Below are positions 57,226 through 64,000 of a stretch of DNA of 64,000 nt, piece by piece. The DNA comes from Symploca sp. SIO1C2. GTDB lineage: Bacteria; Cyanobacteriota; Cyanobacteriia; Cyanobacteriales; Coleofasciculaceae. Under the pieces are notes generated by a model. That model saw only the letters and a program-made list of their open reading frames with translations. It ran no database searches and was not told the origin of the DNA. Every line of letters begins with the position of its first letter. Position 1 is the stretch's first letter. The translations under genes and the position numbers were made by a program. The DNA lies in assembly GCA_010672925.1 (NCBI GenBank), contig JAAHFP010000026.1, forward strand, positions 1 through 64,000, read 5' to 3'.

Positions 57226-58665
57226 TTATTTTTTCCCCAAAACGACATAATCATCTAGCACATAATGTGAGTCAAATCCTCGTTTAAGATACTGCCTTAT
57301 TAAGGGATTCATATATATATTGAGTGGCAAATTTTGAGCAGCGAATTTAGCAAATTTTGTTTTTTGTATAGGTGTTCTTTTTCCTGTTGAACTAAGATAC
57401 TTGTACCATTCTAGCTGCAAGCCTAGCTCATCAAGAAAACATCTCATCAGATTTTGTTCTTCAGCTGGATTTTCTGTCAATCTATGGCCGTAGGTTTTAA
57501 ATAGCCTTCTACCTTGAACTATTAGTAACACGTAACCGTTATCTTTGAGATTATCATGAAATATTTGTCGATAAATCTGATGAGATTCTTGCCGTTGCCC
57601 TTGATCCGCAAAAAAACAGTGAGAAATTGTAATAAAGTCAAAAAATTTATTAGGCAGATTTCTGCTTCCGTCGATGTTGCTGCCATAGATAAACAAATCA
57701 GCAGCATTGAAGCGGAAGTAGCTGTTAATCGTAGCGGTGGTGGTGGGCTCTACATACTGTTGCCAGAATTCTCGACCATGATACTGTAACCAAGGCTCTT
57801 GTTCTAGAGAGCAGTAACAAATAAGATTTTGAGGCAAGGGAGTAAAATTAGTAGCAGTTCTTAAAAAATAAAATAAACCATAAAGTACAGATCCAGAGCC
57901 AGCAGCAATATCTAGCAACTCCATCCTAGTAGGTAGTAATCCAGACTGGTAGACTAAAAACCAGCCTATGTAAGCACTGTATACACTCTCTAAAAAATAA
58001 AGCATGAAGTATACATGAGGAGTTAACGGGGAGTTATACTGAGGGTCTTTACCCTTTGTCAATAGATTGATGTCATCATAGGCGGCACTTATACTTGAGT
58101 AGAGACTGCTTTGAGGAGTATAACGCTCAAACTCAGACTCTAAGTAGGTAACCAAGTTACTTTCCAACTCATAAAAAGTTTGTTCATCAATGCCAGTACA
58201 TTGGAGTAGATTCTCATCTATGGCATTGAGTTGAAATTGACTATTGATGGCGTCAATTAGTTCTTGACTTGGCGTGATAAATTGTGCTTCTCTTTGGTAG
58301 GATAATTTTTCAATCTCTTTCTGTAAGGAAGCAATTTCTTGTTGTTTTGACCCTAGAGACTGCTCAACATCATCCCTTTTAGCACCCAGTTCTACTTCTA
58401 AGTCAACGGTCGATTGCTGTCGGCTGATGCGTAAATTTTTGATAATTTTCCTGGCATCATAAAGAAATGCTTCAGATTGCAGCTTATCCTTAAATAGTTG
58501 CTCTAATAGTGATAGTCTAGCTCCTGAACTTTGTATCTTCTGCAATTGCTGCTTAGCAAGATGTTGTTTTCCCTGTTTCAGAGCAGCACGAAACTGATAT
58601 GAGCGCCACCAATTGGCAAGTGGATTAATCATAGCTAAAGCCTGCTTTTCCTTCCCTAATCTCAA
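57226..58665 (-). CDS. Hypothetical protein with an N-terminal coiled coil and a class-I SAM-methyltransferase-like motif I (LDIAAGSGSV). The gene is AT-rich
   Basis: 479 aa. LDIAAGSG is a GxGxG-type SAM-binding motif. Overlaps the upstream radical-SAM gene by 41 bp. Confidence 0.45.
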   Translation of the reverse strand: MRLGKEKQALAMINPLANWWRSYQFRAALKQGKQHLAKQQLQKIQSSGARLSLLEQLFKDKLQSEAFLYDARKIIKNLRISRQQSTVDLEVELGAKRDDVEQSLGSKQQEIASLQKEIEKLSYQREAQFITPSQELIDAINSQFQLNAIDENLLQCTGIDEQTFYELESNLVTYLESEFERYTPQSSLYSSISAAYDDINLLTKGKDPQYNSPLTPHVYFMLYFLESVYSAYIGWFLVYQSGLLPTRMELLDIAAGSGSVLYGLFYFLRTATNFTPLPQNLICYCSLEQEPWLQYHGREFWQQYVEPTTTATINSYFRFNAADLFIYGSNIDGSRNLPNKFFDFITISHCFFADQGQRQESHQIYRQIFHDNLKDNGYVLLIVQGRRLFKTYGHRLTENPAEEQNLMRCFLDELGLQLEWYKYLSSTGKRTPIQKTKFAKFAAQNLPLNIYMNPLIRQYLKRGFDSHYVLDDYVVLGKK

Positions 58666-59545
58666 TCCCAGGCAGCAGGGACATTAATTTGTCCTTAAAC
58701 TGCTGATAATTTTGCTGCTCATTATCATACCACCAAGAATATTTCTCTTTGAGGGCTAAGGCTTTTGGACGAGTTGAGGCGACTAAGGATCCACGAGTAC
58801 TAGCATGAAACTCCTGAATCACTATTCTGTCAGCAATCCTTAACTTTTTAATAAAAGCTTCCTGCTCAGCAACTGGAGTTGGTAGGGTAGGAGTGATTGT
58901 AATGGAAAGTTTGGGTACAAAACCCTTAGTCTCGTCTATACTTTCCCTAATTAACTTTACTGCATTTAGTCTAGCTTTAATAGTAGGCGATCGCGGCTCA
59001 AAATCTTTCCTCACTTCTTCACTGCCAGTGGGAATAGTTAGATTAACTCGCAGATGCGGAATCCGTTGCAATTGAGGAATGTCTTGAGTAATCAGTGGAC
59101 TACGAGTTTGAATGACTAGGATAACTGGATACTCCCGCATCACTTCCAATAAGCTGCGAGTTAGTCTTTCTTTGCCTTCAATTGGTTGATAAGGATCGGT
59201 AACAGTACTCATATAGATCCGGGGAGGTCGATCCGGATTTTTCCTGTACCATCTAATCAGTTCTTTTTCTAGTACTTCCTGAGCATTTTCTTTAATAATT
59301 ACCCAATTACCCCAATCTTGACGCATCTTACTATTGGGACTAAAAGCAGCAGCATAACAGTAACTGCATCCGTATTGGCAACCCCGGTAAGGATTGAGGG
59401 AGAAATCATAACTGCTGATAAAACCAGAGGTTTTTGTCAGCAGGGATTTAGCATTTTGGACATAGATGTTAGTACCCTCGTATTTTTCCCTAACTCGGTA
59501 AGTGGGTTTACCCTTGCAATACCCTTCGTATTTCGGTTTTGCCAT
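58625..59545 (-). CDS. Radical SAM protein of the SplB / DNA-repair-photolyase-like family
   Basis: YRGCQYGCSYCY gives the CxxxCxxC cluster with the SplB-like spacing. Confidence 0.7.
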   Translation of the reverse strand: MAKPKYEGYCKGKPTYRVREKYEGTNIYVQNAKSLLTKTSGFISSYDFSLNPYRGCQYGCSYCYAAAFSPNSKMRQDWGNWVIIKENAQEVLEKELIRWYRKNPDRPPRIYMSTVTDPYQPIEGKERLTRSLLEVMREYPVILVIQTRSPLITQDIPQLQRIPHLRVNLTIPTGSEEVRKDFEPRSPTIKARLNAVKLIRESIDETKGFVPKLSITITPTLPTPVAEQEAFIKKLRIADRIVIQEFHASTRGSLVASTRPKALALKEKYSWWYDNEQQNYQQFKDKLMSLLPGIEIREGKAGFSYD

Positions 59546-59792
59546 TATTGTTTAGAATTGGGAATTGGGGTTAATGAAAGACATTCCTGTAGGGGCGTTT
59601 GCGTAGCATGGTGCGTAGCAGCATAGCATTCGGGGGAAAATGTTTCCCATATCACCAGCATTATGGTATCCGAATGGTTCGCCCTCAGCGCGTTAACCAT
59701 TTTTTGTGAAATTTTGGGACAAAGGGGGTAGCATTCGGGCGTAGCATTTGGATAGAACACATTTCTTTGAGAGTTCTTCAATTATCGCTCAA

Positions 59793-60608
59793 ATGCTACG
59801 CCCCTACGAATTATTCGCCAACATCATCGTTAACGATAAAGAAGTAGTAGAATGGTTCACAGAAATAGCTTCCCAACTACTGAATAGAACCAGTCTGCTA
59901 GTCTGTGGTAAACCCCATCGCCTAGTTGAACTCGAATTCTACTACTATAATGAAGCTCATCCCGACCCCTTTGCTCATCGTCATCCCCTGCAACTTACCT
60001 GGGGACGCTGGTACTTTCACCGACAAAGAGATAACTACCGAGGAGGAAGTTTTAAGGGACTGGACTTAACTTTCGGGGACAATACAGCATTTGGTGGTAT
60101 TCTCATCCGCAGTCTGGAAGCAGCAGATGGAACTCTAATTGATGGGCCTTCTTTGTGTGTAGATCATTTACTTGCCCAAACTGAAGTATCTCAAGTAGCG
60201 GCACTGGATCAGGCTATTGGTGCTAGAGTAGCTTGGGATAGCAATAGTCCACTGGTGCTAGAGGAAACAACAATAGAGCAACGCCAGATTTTTGACTCAG
60301 CAAGGGTAGGACTTTCCCTCAAAAGAGTCCACTCCTACCCCAATATGCCGCAATACCTCCTACGTCCCTACCGTTATTTAACTGAACCACAGAGGATTCG
60401 CAAGGGGAAACTCTACCTGGTACTAGCATTGCACCTCCAACAAGTGAGTCAGGAAGTTATACATCAGCTGACAGGTTGCCCTCACAAAACTATTGAACGT
60501 TACATCCTGGATTTTAAGACTGGATGCCAAGAGAAGGACTTGGCATCTTACTTTGGTAGGGATTTAAAGCCTAGAGACTTGTGCCTTTTACATGGCATAC
60601 TAAAATAA
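59793..60608 (+). CDS. Hypothetical protein with weak resemblance to the 3-methyladenine DNA glycosylase (AAG/Mpg) fold
   Basis: VELEFYYYNEAHPDPFAHRH...GGILIRSLE resembles the Mpg core (ETEAY...DPASHA...AVLIRALE). This is by-eye similarity only. The start was set at ATG 59793. Confidence 0.35.
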   Translation: MLRPYELFANIIVNDKEVVEWFTEIASQLLNRTSLLVCGKPHRLVELEFYYYNEAHPDPFAHRHPLQLTWGRWYFHRQRDNYRGGSFKGLDLTFGDNTAFGGILIRSLEAADGTLIDGPSLCVDHLLAQTEVSQVAALDQAIGARVAWDSNSPLVLEETTIEQRQIFDSARVGLSLKRVHSYPNMPQYLLRPYRYLTEPQRIRKGKLYLVLALHLQQVSQEVIHQLTGCPHKTIERYILDFKTGCQEKDLASYFGRDLKPRDLCLLHGILK

Positions 60609-60674
60609 AGAAAACTACACTGAATTATTGATTCGTACAAATAACAAATGACAAAGGACAAATAACAAAGGACA

Positions 60675-60959
60675 ATGAAAGAACAACTGATCCGTTGGTT
60701 CAACCAGTTATTAGTAGTAAATGTTTTTTTTGTTTTATTAAGCTTTGTTTGGTTTGCGATCGCGCTTTTGGGTCGCTCAGTTGGTGTACCTCTCGGTTTT
60801 GACCTCTGGTATAGTCTTTGGGAGCCTGTATTCACCCCGGCGATTGGTATTCTTATGGCAGGAGCACTGATAAGTGGGTTGATTAATTACGTATCTAAAC
60901 GACTCAAGGCAATGAGTGCAAGCGAAAGCCCCAACTTCTTGAAGAAATCGGGGCTATAA
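60675..60959 (+). CDS. Small membrane protein (2 TM), hypothetical
   Basis: LLVVNVFFVLLSFVWFAIALLG and ILMAGALISGLINYV. Confidence 0.4.
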   Translation: MKEQLIRWFNQLLVVNVFFVLLSFVWFAIALLGRSVGVPLGFDLWYSLWEPVFTPAIGILMAGALISGLINYVSKRLKAMSASESPNFLKKSGL

Positions 60960-61013
60960 GTCTGACTGGGAGATTTTAGATTTTAGATTTTAGATTTTAG
61001 ATTGAAGAATTAA

Positions 61014-61118
61014 TACCAAATCCGGTTCTCATATCAGGGTAAAAATAATTCAAAGTCCCCCATAATTGGGGGATTTAGGGGGCAAATGAATATCTTGTGT
61101 TTTAACCGGATTTGGTAT
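61014..61118. mobile_element. Short MITE-like element with perfect 15-bp terminal inverted repeats ATACCAAATCCGGTT/AACCGGATTTGGTAT. It is preceded by an (AGATTTT)n STRR
   Basis: TIRs at 61014-61028 and 61104-61118. The internal AGTCCCCCATAATTGGGGGATTTAGGGGGC module is shared with 43365. Confidence 0.6.
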
Positions 61119-61167
61119 AGAAAGGTTACAAACCCCTAAATTTACTTATGGGGTAAATCTCAAATCT

Positions 61168-62199
61168 TCAATTGTTCATTGCTTGCTCAATTTGAGTTTG
61201 GTTAAGCTCACGCCCAATTAGTACTAGGCGCGTCTGGCGAGATTCCTGTGCTTGCCAAGGTCGATCATAGAAAGTTTCCAGGCGATTGCCTACCCCTTGT
61301 AACACCATACGCATGGGTTTTTGAGGAACATCAACAAAACCTTTAATACGATAAATTTCTTGTTGTTGTACCAACTCTTGAAGTTTACTGATCAAAGCTT
61401 TTGGTTCAAATGCCTGTTCTGAGATAAATTGCACACTGGTAATATCATCATCATGGTCATGGTCTTCTTCCGTATCATGATGACTGGGACGACTATCCAG
61501 GTTATCTTCTACCGCTGCATTAAAACCTAGCAAAATATCAGGTTGAATCTGTCCTTCACCACAGGGGACAATCTTTACTCCAGGGGATAACTCCTGTTGT
61601 AACCACTCCATTACCTTAGTAAGGCTTGCTTCATCAACCAAATCCACCTTGGTAAGTAAAACTAAATCCGCACAAGCTAATTGGTCTTCAAATAGCTCCT
61701 CAATTGGCGTCTCATGCTCCAAATTAGGGTCAGCTTGACGTTGAGCTTCCAAAGCATCCAAATCACCTACTAGAGTACCAGCAGCTAGGGCTTCGCAGTC
61801 TACCACGGTTATTACACCATCAACTGTTGCACCATTACGAATTTCTGGCCAGCGGAAAGCTTGTACTAAAGGTTTAGGTAAAGCTAATCCTGACGTTTCG
61901 ATTAGCATACAATCAATCTGCTCTCGACGCTGGAGAAGTTGTTGCATGGTGGGGAAAAATTCTTCTTGAACAGTACAGCACAGACAACCGTTGGTAAGTT
62001 CCACAATATTATCTGCGGGGTCTTCTTCATCACAAACTTGGCAAGACCGCAATAACTCGCCATCAATTCCTACTTCACCAAACTCATTGACAACAACAGC
62101 AATGCGGCGTCCTTGATTGTTTTGCAGTAAATGGCGAACCAGAGTAGTTTTGCCAGCACCAAGAAAGCCAGTAACGACAGTAACGGGTATTTTATGCAT
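61168..62199 (-). CDS. cobW: COG0523 (CobW/YeiR-type) metallochaperone GTPase
   Basis: [10 protein letters not shown]-loop, CLCCT metal-binding motif, and a His/Asp-rich linker [13 protein letters not shown]. Confidence 0.85.
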   Translation of the reverse strand: MHKIPVTVVTGFLGAGKTTLVRHLLQNNQGRRIAVVVNEFGEVGIDGELLRSCQVCDEEDPADNIVELTNGCLCCTVQEEFFPTMQQLLQRREQIDCMLIETSGLALPKPLVQAFRWPEIRNGATVDGVITVVDCEALAAGTLVGDLDALEAQRQADPNLEHETPIEELFEDQLACADLVLLTKVDLVDEASLTKVMEWLQQELSPGVKIVPCGEGQIQPDILLGFNAAVEDNLDSRPSHHDTEEDHDHDDDITSVQFISEQAFEPKALISKLQELVQQQEIYRIKGFVDVPQKPMRMVLQGVGNRLETFYDRPWQAQESRQTRLVLIGRELNQTQIEQAMNN

Positions 62200-62209
62200 T
62201 TTAAAAATG

Positions 62210-62360
62210 GGTAATTGGGAATTGGGAATTGGGAATTGGGAATTGGGAATGGAGAATGGAGAATGGAGAATTGGGAATTGGGAATTGATATTAAGCTAAA
62301 GAGGTATTGAAGTTGGTTAGTCCTAATTTTTTCCTAAAACCTAAAACCTACCACCTAACA
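62210..62360. repeat. STRR cluster (GGGAATT)n, (GGAGAAT)n, (CCTAAAA/CCTAACA)n
   Basis: gggaattgggaattgggaattgggaattgggaatggagaatggagaatggagaattgggaattgggaattg ... cctaaaacctaaaacctaccacctaacacctaacc. Confidence 0.8.
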
Positions 62361-62361
62361 C

Positions 62362-63075
62362 CTAACCAAGGATGCTAGAAGAGAGGAATGCTGCACCGGC
62401 ACCGCAAATAGTGTAGCCAGCAAATCGCAGTACTAAGGTGGGTTGTTCGGTAACTTGCTTCATGGCATACTTACCAACCTGGAAAGCAGACAAAGCGATC
62501 GCTAATTGAATTAGAGTGAAGCCTGCCAAATAACCTACTAAGGGTGTCATTTCGGCTCCCACAACTGCTTCACCGTAAGCGTAACCGTGAAACAAACCGG
62601 CGATTGCTGCTAGGGCTGCCATCACCATTGAGCTTGGGCTATTCTTGAGTGCTAACATCACACCAAATAGCAGTACAGAAGCGGAAATAATCACTTCAGG
62701 GATCGGTAAATCTAGGCTCATTAAGTGAATTCCGGTTCCTGCCACCGCTGCCACAACAAAAGCAATAGGAATCAAAATACCCCGCTCTTTGATGGCTGCT
62801 AACAAACCAACTGCAACAACGAAGGCCAAATGATCTGGACCAATTATCGGGTGACCAAAGCCAGAGAATAAGCCTTCAAAGAAATTGGAGGGAGTTTCAC
62901 CACCAAAGGGGTGGTGTGCCGCTGCTGGAGTAGCTGATAGAAGGAGACTAATTGCCACCACCAAAGCGATCGCTTTTGCCAGTGCCCTAAGAGAGCTATT
63001 GACGCTAAATAAAAATCCTTTTTTACCAGTCTGGAGTTTGGTAGTTTTCATCTTTAACATGTATTGATGCCTCAT
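62362..63075 (-). CDS. HupE/UreJ-family metal (Ni/Co) transporter
   Basis: Signal peptide then AAAHHPFGG. HPIIGPDHL. About 6 TM helices. Family-level match. Confidence 0.7.
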   Translation of the reverse strand: MRHQYMLKMKTTKLQTGKKGFLFSVNSSLRALAKAIALVVAISLLLSATPAAAHHPFGGETPSNFFEGLFSGFGHPIIGPDHLAFVVAVGLLAAIKERGILIPIAFVVAAVAGTGIHLMSLDLPIPEVIISASVLLFGVMLALKNSPSSMVMAALAAIAGLFHGYAYGEAVVGAEMTPLVGYLAGFTLIQLAIALSAFQVGKYAMKQVTEQPTLVLRFAGYTICGAGAAFLSSSILG

Positions 63076-63239
63076 TCGCTATAAATAACAGTTAATTGTG
63101 TTCACTCATCTCCCAGCCAAAACACAGGGGATTGTACTGGGCTTCGCCGAGCTACGCTAAAGTGTTAGCTGGTTGTTTGTCAAAAAACAAAGAACAAACA
63201 ACAAAGAACAAACAACAAAGCTGCGGGGGACTATCCCTC

Positions 63240-63662
63240 CTATCCATTAAGGAATGGGTTCCCCGCCGCTTCCGGTAACGGTGGAATCCTTGCTAAGATA
63301 CCTTTTTTCAGTAGTTCAGGTCGCTCTGACCAAGGCAACAAGCCATCGGCTTTGGCATAATATAGACTGGCACAATCGAGTACAGCAGTAGAGATGGTTG
63401 GTAGGGTTTCTTCAGCAGTAGCTAAACCACCAAACACATAAGTATATTTGCTCATAGCAGCAAAGGAAATGGCACAGGGGCGACTGCAAGCGCTCATACA
63501 CTCTACAGGCTTAATGGAAAATTCAGCTTGTAAGTCCCAGTTTTGGTGGAGATCTGACAACTGCTCTAGCAGTTTTTGTCCACCGCTAATGCCTACTCGC
63601 TTTCCTTCTTTCCAGGTACTAGCGCAAGTTGTGCAAACGAAAAGAGTATGGGGGATTTTCAC
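63240..63662 (-). CDS. DUF1636-family metal-binding protein
   Basis: HTLFVCTTCAS...CMSACSRPC Cys pattern. GTG start at 63662. Confidence 0.65.
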   Translation of the reverse strand: MKIPHTLFVCTTCASTWKEGKRVGISGGQKLLEQLSDLHQNWDLQAEFSIKPVECMSACSRPCAISFAAMSKYTYVFGGLATAEETLPTISTAVLDCASLYYAKADGLLPWSERPELLKKGILARIPPLPEAAGNPFLNG

Positions 63663-63699
63663 GTTAATTACCGAATGATTGAGGAGTTTCTCAAAATAA

Positions 63700-63930
63700 A
63701 AATCAGGGACTTTGAGCGGTTCTTCGGTAATGTTTTTTTTAAGATCATCTATACCTCGCAGATGAGTATTTGCTACTAGTTCACGTCGGCGGGCATTCTG
63801 GCTATTGAGACTAGGAACAGTCTCATTACAGCTGCGGGACAGCGTCGGATTTCCACCGAACTTTCCCCGTTAACTCTGATGGCTGGTTCCCACCAGAACC
63901 GACTGATTGATTAGAGTATCACAACTTTGG
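63700..63930 (-). promoter_or_regulatory. Cobalamin (B12) riboswitch leader of the DUF1636-hupE/ureJ-cobW operon
   Basis: The minus-strand sequence acggggaaagttcggtggaaatccgacgctgtcccgcagctgtaatgag fits the B12 aptamer core (GGGAA..GGTG.AA.TCC...GC.GTCCCGC..CTGTAA). The downstream agccagaatgcccgcc fits the B12-box (rAGYCMGgAgaCCkGCc). Confidence 0.6.
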
Positions 63931-64000
63931 CTGGGTTAAAACTCCCCAATATTGATGCTGGTGGCGAAATTAATGTTTGTTTACTGCATGGGGAGCTGGG

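Overview
This ~64 kb window looks like chromosome from a filamentous, heterocyst-forming cyanobacterium of the Nostocales type. The calls supporting that are: heptameric STRR tandem repeats flanking almost every gene, frequent HIP1 GCGATCGC sites, a psbA 3' end, cp12, a PatA-type response regulator, and cyanobacterial-type rne-rnhB. Core genes are interleaved with accessory content. The core genes are psbA (partial), tldD/pmbA, rhomboid, map, aroC, a 2x[4Fe-4S] ferredoxin, an IscS-like cysteine desulfurase, rne-rnhB, metH, and a B12-riboswitch-controlled DUF1636-hupE/ureJ-cobW operon.
The most striking accessory feature is an intact 880-aa ORF (5800..8442) that is collinear over its whole length with the eukaryotic major vault protein (MVP). 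Beside it, on the opposite strand, is an AT-rich gene with the cyclodipeptide-synthase catalytic signature and a long N-terminal extension.
A second AT-rich island (30592..34797, minus strand) is a three-gene cassette: a 123-aa protein, a 781-aa membrane-anchored P-loop (STAND-like) NTPase, and a Cys-rich extracytoplasmic protein. The small protein's C-terminus and the NTPase's N-terminus share the short motif D[IV]KGI[VL]GD[IV], so this looks like an uncharacterised conflict or signalling system.
Other accessory items are: two NLR-like NACHT remnants (a NACHT/LRR fragment pair, and a NACHT-HEAT gene cut by one in-frame stop inside a near-identical tandem repeat array); hicAB and vapBC modules; a DUF433/DUF5615 relic and an orphan antitoxin-like relic; two Uma2 endonucleases; a HisKA-only sensor next to a REC-(degenerate GGDEF)-EAL protein; MITE-like elements with ATACCAAATCCGGTT terminal inverted repeats; dispersed CAAGGGGCTTAAGCCCCTTG palindromes; and a radical-SAM SplB-like gene overlapping a methyltransferase-like gene, divergent from a gene with weak AAG-glycosylase-like resemblance.
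No CRISPR array, rRNA gene or convincing tRNA gene was found.
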